Shown piece by piece: positions 28,618 through 38,980 of a stretch of 64,000 bases of DNA. Position 1 is the first letter of the stretch. Every line of letters begins with the position of its first letter. Where the stretch lies: positions 288,001 to 352,000 of the forward strand of contig JALVSY010000016.1 of assembly GCA_027036135.1 (NCBI GenBank). Direction: 5' to 3'. The stretch comes from Pyrodictiaceae archaeon. Its GTDB lineage: Archaea; Thermoproteota; Thermoprotei_A; Sulfolobales; Pyrodictiaceae. The position numbers were made by a program, and so were the translations under genes. The notes below the pieces were generated by a model. It was not told the origin of the DNA, ran no database searches, and saw nothing but the letters and a program-made list of their open reading frames with translations.

Positions 28618-29346
28618 TTGCCAGTAGTATCAGAGAAACTACTCACGCCAGTAGACATAATTGTTGACTCGCGGGAAGCAGCAAAGAACAGGGATATTGT
28701 TGAGAAGCTTCGCGCGAGAGGAGTTAGAGTAGCGGTTATGGAGCTAGAGGCAGGCGACTACTATCTCCTCGCCCGTGAGGCCTCGAAGGCGCTTCTCGTT
28801 GAGCGTAAAACTGTTCTCGACTTCGCTAATAGTGTGCGCGATAACAGGGTATGGGACCAGGCTAAGCGCTTATCTGAGGCAGCTCGCCGTGATGGGGTTC
28901 GCCCAGTAATAATTCTCGAGGGATGGCTTGGTCTCATAGAGAAGAGGACTAGGTGGAATATAGCAGCGATACTCAGGATACTTGACGAACTCGTTCTTGA
29001 CTGGGGTATACCGGTCATACCAACACATAACAAGGAGTCCACAGCTGCTTGGCTCGCGGCGAAGGCTAAGGCCCTTGGGCGTACAGAGGAGAAGCGTGTA
29101 GCTAGGCTGCGTGTCGAGAAGAAGCCTCTCAGCCTTAACGATAGGATACTTTACGTTACCGAGGGCCTTGTCGGTCCTGTGTTAGCGAGGCGGCTTTTAA
29201 GGCACTTTGGCACATTGAGGAATATAGCTAACGCGAGCGTCGCTGAGCTAATGAAGGTTGAGGGTATAGGTGAGGTAAGGGCGAGGGAAATTTATGCAAT
29301 ATTCAATACGTCCTGGAAACCAGATAGGAAGGATGAGGAGGAATAA
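28618..29346 (+). CDS. xpf: XPF/ERCC4 3'-flap endonuclease (short crenarchaeal form)
   Basis: IVDSRE, GDY, ERKT..DF..S, two HhH motifs (VEGIGE). Confidence 0.92.
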   Translation: MPVVSEKLLTPVDIIVDSREAAKNRDIVEKLRARGVRVAVMELEAGDYYLLAREASKALLVERKTVLDFANSVRDNRVWDQAKRLSEAARRDGVRPVIILEGWLGLIEKRTRWNIAAILRILDELVLDWGIPVIPTHNKESTAAWLAAKAKALGRTEEKRVARLRVEKKPLSLNDRILYVTEGLVGPVLARRLLRHFGTLRNIANASVAELMKVEGIGEVRAREIYAIFNTSWKPDRKDEEE

Positions 29347-29406
29347 GTATTATTTCCTGCGAGAAAAACCCAACTCTATACCATGTATGAGTTAAGGGTA
29401 ATGGGG

Positions 29407-29652
29407 TTACTCCTGTATTTCCTCCATGTGTATTATCGAGACTGGGCAGCTCTCAACAGCTGACTGTACACAGTCCTTGAGGTCCTCTGGGACGACGCCC
29501 TCGGCTACATTGTTTGGATCAGTGCGCCACTTGGCTACTATCTGGCTCTTTCCGTCCTCCTCGCTCATCTCGAATACGTCGGGGCAGAGGCTTACACATA
29601 CCATGTCAGCGATGCATTGGTCTCGGTCGATCCAGACGCGAATCTTCGCCAA
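29407..29652 (-). CDS. Monocluster ferredoxin (CxxDxxC...CP)
   Basis: DRDQCIADMVCVSLCPDVFEM..AVESCPVSII; TTG 29652 after GGTGA. Confidence 0.92.
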   Translation of the reverse strand: MAKIRVWIDRDQCIADMVCVSLCPDVFEMSEEDGKSQIVAKWRTDPNNVAEGVVPEDLKDCVQSAVESCPVSIIHMEEIQE

Positions 29653-29768
29653 GTCTTCTTCACCGTGGTAGAAGTATTGTGATGGAGAGGGTTTTAAGTC
29701 CTTCCTTTCCCTCATCCGGGATATTGTAGTATACTCAGTGTTACTTTTACGCATGTTAAAGTTTCTTT

Positions 29769-30317
29769 TCAGCAAATCTTCTTCAACAAAAACAAGGCGC
29801 CACCATCTGCCTCAAAGCGCTCAGCGCAATCCTCCAGCACGCAGAGCCCAACCAAGGCAGCGATAATAGCATCCCTCTCATGTTTACTAAGCCTCTTCTC
29901 AATGTTGGTTACCCTGAGTCGTTCTAGGAGTACTCTTAACGAGCACCCGCTCAGCCTCAGTGCACTCCATGGATGAGTCTCGTAAACAGAGACCCCTAGT
30001 TGCCGCAATCTGGCAGCAAGCTCAATGGCTCTCTCAACGAGCATCCTCATAGCGGGCATTGTTAGAGGTAAGAGCCTAGCTCCCCTCCTAATAGCTTCTA
30101 GCTCTACCTTGCGGAAAGCAGCTCCTCTAGGCGGAAAGGAGAGGGGAGCATCAATAACTACTATCGAGCTATCAGTCGATGCTACAACATCTAATACTTC
30201 GTCATCGGTGTATACATGCCCTATAGCTAAGAACCTCCTCTCCCTAACATCAAGTACAGCTACTCCAGTGGGATTAGAAGACTTGGCTGCAAGGTCTACT
30301 CCCGTAACGCGCTGCAT
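29769..30317 (-). CDS. DUF429 family protein (RNase H-like fold)
   Basis: GVDLAA, VIDAPLSFP, YETHP, HERDAIIAA; ATG 30317 preferred. Confidence 0.85.
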   Translation of the reverse strand: MQRVTGVDLAAKSSNPTGVAVLDVRERRFLAIGHVYTDDEVLDVVASTDSSIVVIDAPLSFPPRGAAFRKVELEAIRRGARLLPLTMPAMRMLVERAIELAARLRQLGVSVYETHPWSALRLSGCSLRVLLERLRVTNIEKRLSKHERDAIIAALVGLCVLEDCAERFEADGGALFLLKKIC

Positions 30318-31291
30318 CCCCCAAGAGACCTCAACGCGTTTATGACAAGGGTTTGTGCATGCCTCAGCCTTATGCCCGGCCATATAGCGGAGAGAATTCT
30401 CTTAAGTAGGCCAAGGTTGAGTGGCGCTCCAGCAGCTCTCGGGTGACCACCTCCCCCAAGGGCATAGGCTAGTCGTTGTACATTGACGCTGATTGAGCGA
30501 AGGCTGAGGCCCGTACCCCGCTTCCTAACTATGACTGCGATGTCTGCTTGGTAGCGATACAAGAGACTATTTCCAAGTATACTTGTATTAGGTGGTCCTG
30601 GTTCCTTCAATACAAAGACTACTCTGCATCCATCTATCTCTAATAAGCGGGCTCGCCGTAAATTCTTCTCAAAGCCCTCAAGCTCCCGCCTCACATACTC
30701 ATCAAGCGCCTCGTCTAACTCGGGCCACCACAGAGAACCCTCCGAGAAGCCCTTCACGAGTCTGCGCCGCCATTCATCAGCCTTCGCCCCCCTATACCTG
30801 CCCACGACACGGTAGAGCTTAGGTGCCCAGGGATCATCCCAGACCCAGAGATCAGCTGCACAAGTAGCGGAAACAAGTTTCTCAACGAACTCGTCTATCT
30901 CGGCGCCAAGCTCGCTAGGCGCATACCTAGCTACGACGCCTGCGGCACAGGTAGAGGTATCAACGTGTACCCTTACACCGAGGGATGTCAGCTCCTTTAT
31001 CCAGTCATCCCTCCACCTATGATGATCATACCACTCAACACCGACGCCTTGATCCCTAAGCTCCCGGAGCTTGTGCACAATATCGTTAAATGTACCAGCA
31101 TTAGGCCCGAGATCCATTATAGCTAGCCTCTTAGCGTCTCTTGGCAAATTGTTAAGAGTTTTATGAAGCTTATATGGCTCGGTAAATACTATATCGGTAT
31201 CCACGCCCAGCTCGCTGCCAAGCAATCGTAGATATATAGCAGCAGACGCTACACCGTCTAGATCAGTATGCGTCACTATGACGCTTCTCAT
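30296..31291 (-). CDS. DHH/DHHA1 family phosphoesterase
   Basis: THTDLDG, IMDLG, WYDHH, SLRS, GGGGHPRAAG. Confidence 0.9.
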   Translation of the reverse strand: MRSVIVTHTDLDGVASAAIYLRLLGSELGVDTDIVFTEPYKLHKTLNNLPRDAKRLAIMDLGPNAGTFNDIVHKLRELRDQGVGVEWYDHHRWRDDWIKELTSLGVRVHVDTSTCAAGVVARYAPSELGAEIDEFVEKLVSATCAADLWVWDDPWAPKLYRVVGRYRGAKADEWRRRLVKGFSEGSLWWPELDEALDEYVRRELEGFEKNLRRARLLEIDGCRVVFVLKEPGPPNTSILGNSLLYRYQADIAVIVRKRGTGLSLRSISVNVQRLAYALGGGGHPRAAGAPLNLGLLKRILSAIWPGIRLRHAQTLVINALRSLGGCSALRE

Positions 31292-31404
31292 TCCGTACCC
31301 CTCCCCCTGGGTGGCGCAGCTCCTACGCAGTGACGTAACCTGGCTACTGTTATTCTACACGGTCTACGTGGTGAAGCTCCCCGGGGGTAATAGCTTAGCC
31401 TAGG

Positions 31405-31475
31405 AGCCTCAGTGACGCCGACCCCGCTCATAGCCTCTTAGCAAGGCTCTGCCTCGGTGTTCGTCATCACCGGCC
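31405..31475 (-). ncRNA. Box C/D 2'-O-methylation guide sRNA (candidate)
   Basis: C GTGATGA (31470-31464), guide CGAACACCGAGG, D' CAGA, internal hairpin, C' CTATGA, guide GCGGGGTCGGCGTCA, D CTGA (31412-31409), terminal GGCC/GGCT stem. Confidence 0.75.
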
Positions 31476-31573
31476 TCTAGCAGGTGAATTAGAGTCGTCC
31501 TTCTCCTTAAGAATTATTACCCTTAGGGCTTAGAGCGGGTATAGAACCTAACTATTCATAGAGGCTGCTACAT

Positions 31574-32443
31574 ATGAGTGCGCTGCTTAACGAGGAGCGA
31601 ATAAAGCGCCTAGGTAGTGTGTTGGCACTTGTACCGCGCCATGCTGTGGACATGATAGAGCTGAATGACCCGCAATATACTGCTGTAAAGAAAATTCTCG
31701 ATGCTTGTGGGAAGAGCGGCGTTGTGCTAGTAGTTGCAAACGCGCTGGTCAGTTATAGGCTTAGCTTACAAGGGGAAAAGTACTGGGCAGAGTTCGCAGA
31801 ATACGTTGTAACCAATGGGTGCTCTAGAGACATATACTCCTTTATGAGGAGCTTCCTTGACCAAAGCAAGGGCAATAAGATGATGAGAGAGCAGAAAATA
31901 TCGAGGATAAGGAAAGCGAGTAGCCTCCTCAGCGCGATATACATGGAGCCGGATAAGTACAGAGATCTATGGCTCCTCGTAGAGAGTATATCTAGGAGTC
32001 TTAGTGCAAAGCCCATTGAAAAGACAATAGTCTTTGCAGCAAAAATGGCTTACTATGCATTTAGGGCACTAGGCATTGAGGTGAAGAATGCTGACAAGAT
32101 ATCACTGCCCGTTGATAGACGTGTTGCTCTACTCTCCTCTACATCGGGTATAGTAGAGGCCCCACCTGATACTATATTTCAGCGATTACGCGACCTCGCC
32201 GCTAAGGCATGGGGAAAAGTATCGCTCATATCCGGTATCCCAAGCATTAACTTAGATGCACTCATTTGGCTACCGGCCCGGGGCATCGAGAGATACATAC
32301 GCATAGGGCTTGAGACAGCGCGAGACGAGTATTCGAAGAGGCTAGTAGATTATAGCAAGGGGCTAATATCATGGCAGCTAGCGAGGGAAATTGCGAAGGA
32401 AATACTCTATAGGGATCCATTCGCGAAGAAGCCTCGCACATAG
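31574..32443 (+). CDS. Archaeal 8-oxoguanine N-glycosylase/DNA lyase (AGOG)
   Basis: DPQY, NALVSYRLS..GEKYW.EF, KTIVFAAKM, LPVDRRV, LDALIW. Confidence 0.9.
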   Translation: MSALLNEERIKRLGSVLALVPRHAVDMIELNDPQYTAVKKILDACGKSGVVLVVANALVSYRLSLQGEKYWAEFAEYVVTNGCSRDIYSFMRSFLDQSKGNKMMREQKISRIRKASSLLSAIYMEPDKYRDLWLLVESISRSLSAKPIEKTIVFAAKMAYYAFRALGIEVKNADKISLPVDRRVALLSSTSGIVEAPPDTIFQRLRDLAAKAWGKVSLISGIPSINLDALIWLPARGIERYIRIGLETARDEYSKRLVDYSKGLISWQLAREIAKEILYRDPFAKKPRT

Positions 32444-33910
32444 GTACTCCTCGTAGACCCTCTCTAGGCTATCAACGAGATAACTAGCAGCAATGCTGTA
32501 CGCGTCCCTGTTTTCCTGGCCTAGTACTCCTCGGGCCCCAGTCTCAACGTCATGGCAATCCCATAACCCCTCCTCGATGCAGCCAAGCGGTGGAAATAGG
32601 ATAACACCGAGCCTAGGCACTCCACTGGACAAGCTCATGACGCGATAGGCAACCCTTATCAAAACCCTGCAGGCCGAGATAGCGCTGAGAAAATCTCCTT
32701 GGTCAAGTGATTTCTCAGCAATACGTCTAAGCTTGTATACAACACTATGGAGCCTGGGCACAAGCTTCTCAAGCGCCTTAGCGTAGAAGAAGCTAGTGCA
32801 GTTATCGACTAAGCTTCGCCAATCAGCTGCAAGGCTTCCAAGCATTGCTACTAGGTCTCCTACCTTTTGTAGGTTCTCTGAATCCTGGCTAGGTGCTACG
32901 CTTAAGACTATTGATGGAAACCCTTGTAGCATAAAGGGCGCGGCATTACTCCATAAGAGATCCTCCCTACTTTCTAGGCGTTTCCCGGATCCCAGCCCAA
33001 GGTAAGCTGGATACACTAGGCCAAAGGCATCGTTGCTCGACACTATGTGTACTGATAGCGTAATAGTATCTCCGAGAGGGTTTTCCCCTAGTATCTTCGA
33101 GTATATTCTCGCTCCATACCCCACCACGTAGCCTGGATGAGCTGGGTCACCGAGCTGGCTCGCAGGAAGTATAACTAATCTAGCACCTATACCGTTTCTC
33201 ACAAGTTGTATGAAGAGACCTAGCGCGACTGCAAGGCCCCAGACCTGGCCCTGGGGATTTCCTAGGCTATCAATACTAGTCGTTACTAGTAATGAGGCTT
33301 CTCCTTTACTGCTCCATGCCTCTATGAGGGGGCTCTCAGCCCTGCTACGTTCATCCTGGTAAATAAGCTTCGCTCTCCCACAGCTAAGGAGACTTCTAGC
33401 AACCCTCTCCGGGACAGAGACCACCGGGATACTTGCTGCACAAAAATGTGTCAAGGTAAAGGGTGCCTCGGTGAGGGCAAGTCTGGTTCCATCGTCACCG
33501 CGTAGTACCAGGAAACCAGGTTTACGCCTAGCTAGGAGCGAGTAAAGAGAACGCAGCTCAGCTTCCCTAGATAAAGGTGCTAGGACAGCGTATCCCTGCA
33601 AGCTACGAGAATCGGCTAAAGCCTCCTCAAGCCCAATTACACGTGCCTCGATGACCTCTGAGCCATCTGTGCACCGAGGCCATAGCTTTGCAGGGTACTC
33701 GGCTCCACAAACGCTGAGAGAAGCCTTGATTGGTGTCCAGGTTTTAACGTGGATGTCCTCGGCTCGGTACTCTATCCCGTTTAGCTGCTCAAGAAACCGT
33801 ACTAGGGTATCTGCTACTTCGCCCTCGGCACTAGAGCCTGCAACCACCGCGTCGAAGGGCTCGATGATGCTTCTTATTCTCTTAGCTAGCTCGTTGACCT
33901 CGTGCATCAA
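32378..33910 (-). CDS. Degenerate PA-domain/M28 peptidase-like protein (metal ligands apparently lost)
   Basis: AGS..E..VA start, IPVVSV PA-like motif, LLVTTSIDS (cf. xAHxDS), LPASQLG (cf. AEExG). Confidence 0.5.
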   Translation of the reverse strand: MMHEVNELAKRIRSIIEPFDAVVAGSSAEGEVADTLVRFLEQLNGIEYRAEDIHVKTWTPIKASLSVCGAEYPAKLWPRCTDGSEVIEARVIGLEEALADSRSLQGYAVLAPLSREAELRSLYSLLARRKPGFLVLRGDDGTRLALTEAPFTLTHFCAASIPVVSVPERVARSLLSCGRAKLIYQDERSRAESPLIEAWSSKGEASLLVTTSIDSLGNPQGQVWGLAVALGLFIQLVRNGIGARLVILPASQLGDPAHPGYVVGYGARIYSKILGENPLGDTITLSVHIVSSNDAFGLVYPAYLGLGSGKRLESREDLLWSNAAPFMLQGFPSIVLSVAPSQDSENLQKVGDLVAMLGSLAADWRSLVDNCTSFFYAKALEKLVPRLHSVVYKLRRIAEKSLDQGDFLSAISACRVLIRVAYRVMSLSSGVPRLGVILFPPLGCIEEGLWDCHDVETGARGVLGQENRDAYSIAASYLVDSLERVYEEYLCARLLREWIPIEYFLRNFPR

Positions 33911-33956
33911 TAGAGCAGACCCGAGGAGAAAATGGGGCAGAGATACGGTTTAGTAC

Positions 33957-35777
33957 CTAGAGTGTTATGGCGAATGCTGGGTTTTGTTTCCTCTTAATCT
34001 TCAGTATCTCTTTGAGAACCATTTTCTCGTCGTCGCTTAGCTCGTTACGGTACTTTGTCTGCCATAGTATAGCGTGTTTCTCCGGTATATCCGTGTAAAG
34101 CACGTCGCCTTCATCTATGTGTCTGCCAACGAGTACGTGGCCCCTAATCGATATAGCGACTGCCATCCCGGCTCTAGCCTCTTGCACGGTCTTCCCTCTA
34201 TCCTGCATCTGCATTATCGTCCCTATGCGCTTCCCGTCTTCCCTCATCAAGGGATACCCTGGCTTTATTACTCCGCCGAGCACCTCGACACCAACTATTG
34301 CAGGATTACTTCTCCTAAACACGTAGCCGGGGATAATCCTTATCTTTCCAGGCCTAATCAGTTGCTCTAACTCCTTCCTCTTCTCGGCCTCTATTTGTTC
34401 CTTGTACCAGTTCTCGAAGTCCTCGAGAAGCCTATAGATCACGTTGTGCGTGAATATCTTTATCCCGTGCTTCCTGGCTTCTTGCTCTGCCTCTGGGAGA
34501 GTCTTCACGTTGAATGCTAGTATGACTGCATAGAACTTGTTTATCTCCTTGCTAGCCACAGCCTCTATTACATCTCTCTTAGCTACTGGGCCGACGTCGG
34601 CGTATCGGATAGGTATGCCTCTCATGCGCAGCGTCTCTACAAGTGCCTCGAGGCTTCCAAGCGTATCAGCTTTGACAACGACACCCTCCTTATCCGTCTT
34701 GATCCTCAACGACTCTATTTCCTTCATGACCTGGGTGGCTAGCCTCTTGGCTTCCTCCTCGTCCCTCGCAACTAGTAGTGGAGCACCTGCTACAGCCTCC
34801 TCAAGCCCCGGAGCCACAATGCGTACGCCCGATGCCGCATAGACCTCCTCAACCGGCTCTAGCTCCCTCTTAGCTACGCGTATCTCTTGCAAGGGCTTCG
34901 GCATCAGCAATGCTCTTACACGTGTTATTACTGGGCCGTTAAGTCCACCTGTTACTATTATGTCGCCCTTACGCAACACACCATCATATATTATGACGTC
35001 AGCCGCTGTGCCTAGGCCGGGCTGCTCCCGAATCTCCAATATAACGCCTCTAGCGGGCCCCTCGGCGAAGCGAAGGCGGTGCTGTAGGTAGCGCTGAGTA
35101 AGCCCAGCAAGAACAGCTAGGAGTTCTGGAACACCCTCGCCAGTCTTAGCCGAGATGGGGACAACAGCCACCATTTTCGTGAAGTCCTTCACGCGGTCAA
35201 ACCTATCAGCCTGGAATCCCTGCTCATAGAGCTTGGCGATCACGTTATCCCATAGGCGTCTCTCGAGCTCCTCCTGGACCCTAGGTGCCTGCTTGCGATA
35301 GGAGAAGAGGAACGGCTCGTCAGGGTGAGGCCTCCACCCAGGTATCTTATCAATCTTGTTAGCAGCGACAATGAAGGGTACGCGTCTCTGGCGCAGAATC
35401 TCTATGGACTCGTATGTCTGTTGCTGAAACCCCTCATTAATATCCACGACTAGTATAGCGAAATCAGCAACGCTCCCGCCACGGCGCCGGAGATTAGTGA
35501 AGACCTCGTGACCAGGAGTATCTATGAACAAGAGCCCCGGTATGACAAGCTTAAACGGTATAAGCTTCTTCAACGGCTCCGCGAGCTTCTCGATAACACT
35601 AGCAGGCACAAGGCTGGCACCAACATGCTGAGTTATAAGCCCAGGCTCCTTAGCAGTAACAGCAGTCCCCCTAATCTTGTCAAGCAACGTCGTCTTTCCG
35701 TGATCAACGTGTCCAAGCACAACGACTATTGGCTGCCTAAGCCTCTTTCCCTGCCCGCTACTTTGCTGCGCACCCAT
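33957..35777 (-). CDS. infB: Translation initiation factor aIF5B (IF-2)
   Basis: LRQPIVVVLGHVDHGKTTLLD, ITQHVGAS, DTPGH, NKID, KADTLGSLEAL; no intein; ATG 35777 preferred. Confidence 0.97.
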   Translation of the reverse strand: MGAQQSSGQGKRLRQPIVVVLGHVDHGKTTLLDKIRGTAVTAKEPGLITQHVGASLVPASVIEKLAEPLKKLIPFKLVIPGLLFIDTPGHEVFTNLRRRGGSVADFAILVVDINEGFQQQTYESIEILRQRRVPFIVAANKIDKIPGWRPHPDEPFLFSYRKQAPRVQEELERRLWDNVIAKLYEQGFQADRFDRVKDFTKMVAVVPISAKTGEGVPELLAVLAGLTQRYLQHRLRFAEGPARGVILEIREQPGLGTAADVIIYDGVLRKGDIIVTGGLNGPVITRVRALLMPKPLQEIRVAKRELEPVEEVYAASGVRIVAPGLEEAVAGAPLLVARDEEEAKRLATQVMKEIESLRIKTDKEGVVVKADTLGSLEALVETLRMRGIPIRYADVGPVAKRDVIEAVASKEINKFYAVILAFNVKTLPEAEQEARKHGIKIFTHNVIYRLLEDFENWYKEQIEAEKRKELEQLIRPGKIRIIPGYVFRRSNPAIVGVEVLGGVIKPGYPLMREDGKRIGTIMQMQDRGKTVQEARAGMAVAISIRGHVLVGRHIDEGDVLYTDIPEKHAILWQTKYRNELSDDEKMVLKEILKIKRKQNPAFAITL

Positions 35778-35933
35778 TGCAGCAATTCCCCAGATACTAA
35801 AGCTTGCTGCTACATACAATTAATTAAAGTTCCCATCTGGGCAACACATCAACTAATTCCATAAACATCCCCGAAGATTTTCGGCAGCCTCGTTATACGA
35901 GGCTCTATATCAATATAAAGATCGGAAGTAAAT

Positions 35934-36645
35934 ATGAATGAACGCCTACTCCTCTCATCGATTATTATCATCGCTACAATACTGCTAGTAGCGCTACTAC
36001 TAAGCGTCTACTCTTCTTCATTTTCAACTACATCTACCCCTAGAAGGATAATTGCGGAGCCACCTAGCAAACTTATCTTAGATAATCCAAATATCACAAT
36101 TAATACTAGCAAAGTGCTACTAATAAGCAATAATATTACTCTAGTGAAAGTATTTAAAAGTAAGGGGATTAATGCACTGAGCCCGAACTTAGTAACTAAG
36201 ACTAACCATAGCCAGCTTCTCCAAGACTACGAGGCCATAGTGATAGACTGGGACTCCCTAATAAGCCTTAATAATGCGACAATAACGAGTATCCTAGCAC
36301 TATGCAGTAAAGGGCTCGCCATAGGTAAGGCAGTAGCGTTTATCTCACTAAGAGGGATTGATAAGGCAACACTTGGAGCTGTGCTAGCTCGTTCTCCAAG
36401 ACAAGCCCGACGTACTTGCTATGGTATCAGTGCCTATCTCCTCTTCTAAGAACTTCTTTATCGACCGTAAGCACGGGGTAAGGTATACTATCGAGACATA
36501 TAAGCACGTGTTTATACTTAAACTAGGCGATAAGAACCATACAGCTCCATTAATGTACTCCGTTGATGCACCAAGTAACATAATCTACACTCCGCAAGTA
36601 ATATTAGAACACATACTAATCGGCCTAGCAGCTCTAAGCCAATAA
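35934..36645 (+). pseudogene. Probable frameshifted gene for a membrane-anchored/secreted protein (ORFs 35934-36449 and 36421-36645)
   Basis: N-terminal TM/signal, several NxS/T sequons; second frame is open from 36388 and continues plausibly; AT-richer than neighbours. Confidence 0.45.
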
Positions 36646-36880
36646 AGACAAGATGAATCTCCTTGATATCTTCTTAGCCACTGATTAATTATTAAGGTGA
36701 TACGGGCCCGGTTAGTAAGATAACGTATATTTACGTACATTATAGCAAGTCTCATCTCGCGGCTTATAGCTTTCCCAGTGGTCTACTAGTAGTTATTTTA
36801 ACCCTGCCTGGTTCTTGCTGCGAAGGGGATGCTGGGCCTCTAGAAAGGCCCGGGGATGAACCCACTAGGGGTGTAAAGCT

Positions 36881-37537
36881 GTGCCTGAGTTCAAGGTAGT
36901 GATTTCGGATCCTAAAGCTGGAGCAGATATACCAGAGGTTAAGGTCAAGATAAAGGGAGACGAGGAAATACCGTTTGGCGACGACGAGAAATCACAGAGA
37001 AAGCTCCCTACTTGTAAGGCTAACCCTGAGCTCGTTAAGAAGCTGGGAGCAGAGCACGGCATAATAACGATACGTATGAGGAAGGAGGAAAAGAAGATCA
37101 AGCACACGTGCCGCGTGGTACAGGATGACTCGGTACCAGTTGATGAGGTACGCGTGAGCCTAGAGTGGCTGGGCGACGCAGTGGGAGCCGAGGAGGCCGA
37201 GGGTGTAGCATTCCGCGCAAAGGCCTGGCAAATAACAATAACGGGCCCAGAGGCTGATCAACTCATAGGACTAAAGATAGGCGACCAGTTCGATGGCTCC
37301 TTAGTAGGCCTAAGTGGTTATAAGCTGGAAATAAGGGGTGGAAGCGATAACAGCGGGTTCCCCATGCTACCAACACTACCGGGCCCAGTAAAGAAGAAGG
37401 TTCTCCTATCAGGTCCGCCGGGCTTTCATCCACGAGAGAAGGGTGAGCGCCGGAGGAAAACAGTGAGGGGCAACACTATAACGCATGACACTGTTCAGAT
37501 TAATACAGTAATAATATATCCTGAGGAGAAGAAGTAA
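36881..37537 (+). CDS. rps6e: 30S ribosomal protein S6e (long crenarchaeal form)
   Basis: FKVVISDP, LIGLKIGD, EIRGGSDNSGFPM, GERRRKTVRGN. Confidence 0.95.
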   Translation: MPEFKVVISDPKAGADIPEVKVKIKGDEEIPFGDDEKSQRKLPTCKANPELVKKLGAEHGIITIRMRKEEKKIKHTCRVVQDDSVPVDEVRVSLEWLGDAVGAEEAEGVAFRAKAWQITITGPEADQLIGLKIGDQFDGSLVGLSGYKLEIRGGSDNSGFPMLPTLPGPVKKKVLLSGPPGFHPREKGERRRKTVRGNTITHDTVQINTVIIYPEEKK

Positions 37538-37714
37538 GCGAGCAACTCTGCCCCAGCTGTTTTCCGTGGCTTCATAGGACACGTCTTTTCCTTATCAAGC
37601 TTTTCAAAACAGGTATACAAGCTCTGTTCTTGGCCGACTAGGTAGTGGTTCCTGTATACTCGTTTTGTTCTTATAGGGGTGCTTATCCTAGCGAATGATG
37701 CCGGGGTGGTTGCT

Positions 37715-38980
37715 GTGGCTAAGTTCGATATGGACGAGATTGAGGCTCAGCGACGCCGCCAGCCAGAGATGAACATCGGTACAGCTGGCCACGTTGACCA
37801 TGGCAAGACGACACTCGTGCAAGCACTGACCGCTGTGTGGACAGCTAAGCACAGCGAGGAGCTTAAGAGAGGAATGACCATCAAGCTGGGCTACGCTGAG
37901 GGCGAAACATGGTACTGCGAAGGAGCTGAGCCTCCTGAGGCTTACCAGCCCTTCCCAGAGAATTGCCCCGAGGGCACCGTTCCTAAGCTGTTGCGTAAGG
38001 TTTCTTACGTTGATGCGCCCGGCCACGAGATACTCATGGCCACGATGCTCTCCGGGGCAGCCTTGATGGATGGCGCCCTCCTAGTTATTGCTGCGAATGA
38101 GCGCTGTCCTCAGCCACAGACTCGTGAACACTTTGTTGCGCTTGACATAGTGGGTGTACACGACCTAGTCGTTGTGCAGAACAAGGTTGATGTTGTTACA
38201 CCTGAGCGTGCTCGAGAAAGCTACCGGGAGATAAAGGAGTTCCTCAAGGGCTCGTTCGCGGAGAACGCTCCAATAATACCCGTGAGCGCCCTTCATAGAG
38301 TAAATATCGATGCTCTCCTCATGGCTATGGAGTACTTCCTGCCAACGCCTAAGCGTGACCCCTCTAAGCCTCCGCTCATGTTCATTGCGCGTAGCTTCGA
38401 TGTTAACAAGCCGGGTACACCAGTAGAGGAGCTAAGAGGCGGTGTTGTTGGAGGTGCCTTGATGCAAGGGGTACTACGCGTAGGCGACGAGATAGAGATA
38501 GCTCCTGGTATACGTGTCGAGGAGCGTGGACGCGTAAGATACGAGCCAGTAGTTACCGAGGTGGTGAGTCTGCGCTTCGGGGAGCTCGAGGTAGAAGAGG
38601 CTAGACCAGGCGGCCTTGTGGCGGTTGGCACAAAGCTTGACCCAGCGATAACCAAGGCAGATAACCTTGTAGGTAATGTTGTTGGTAAACCGGGACAAGT
38701 CCCGCCAGTAATGAATACTCTCAAAATAGAGTACAAGATGCTCGAGAGAGTTGTTGGGACCAAGGAGCTCGTGAAGGTCCCGCCTATGAGGCAGCGTGAG
38801 ATAGTAATGCTTACAGTCGGTACAGCTGTGACCCTCGGAATAATAACGAGGCTGACCAGGGATGAAATGGAGGTAGCTCTACGAAGACCAGTAGTTGCTT
38901 GGGATGGCGCACGCGTCGCTATTTCGAGGCAGGTCATGGGGCGCTGGAGGCTCGTGGGATGGGGTATAGTGCGCGAATAA
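37715..38980 (+). CDS. eif2g: Translation initiation factor 2 subunit gamma
   Basis: QPEMNIGTAGHVDHGKTTL, HSEELKRGMTIKLGY, DAPGH, RSFDVNKPG, RWRLVGWG; GTG 37715 after GGGGTG. Confidence 0.97.
   Translation: MAKFDMDEIEAQRRRQPEMNIGTAGHVDHGKTTLVQALTAVWTAKHSEELKRGMTIKLGYAEGETWYCEGAEPPEAYQPFPENCPEGTVPKLLRKVSYVDAPGHEILMATMLSGAALMDGALLVIAANERCPQPQTREHFVALDIVGVHDLVVVQNKVDVVTPERARESYREIKEFLKGSFAENAPIIPVSALHRVNIDALLMAMEYFLPTPKRDPSKPPLMFIARSFDVNKPGTPVEELRGGVVGGALMQGVLRVGDEIEIAPGIRVEERGRVRYEPVVTEVVSLRFGELEVEEARPGGLVAVGTKLDPAITKADNLVGNVVGKPGQVPPVMNTLKIEYKMLERVVGTKELVKVPPMRQREIVMLTVGTAVTLGIITRLTRDEMEVALRRPVVAWDGARVAISRQVMGRWRLVGWGIVRE

Noticed and set aside
29407-29652. Asp in place of the second cluster Cys in ferredoxin
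   Set aside because: Known Pyrococcus-type ferredoxin feature
36881-37537. S6e with ~90-aa insertion
   Set aside because: The long form is normal in crenarchaea
38293-38937. Long antisense ORFs (also 54431-54949, 47144-47611 and others)
   Set aside because: Shadow frames of well-supported genes, Ser/Thr/Leu-rich and without motifs
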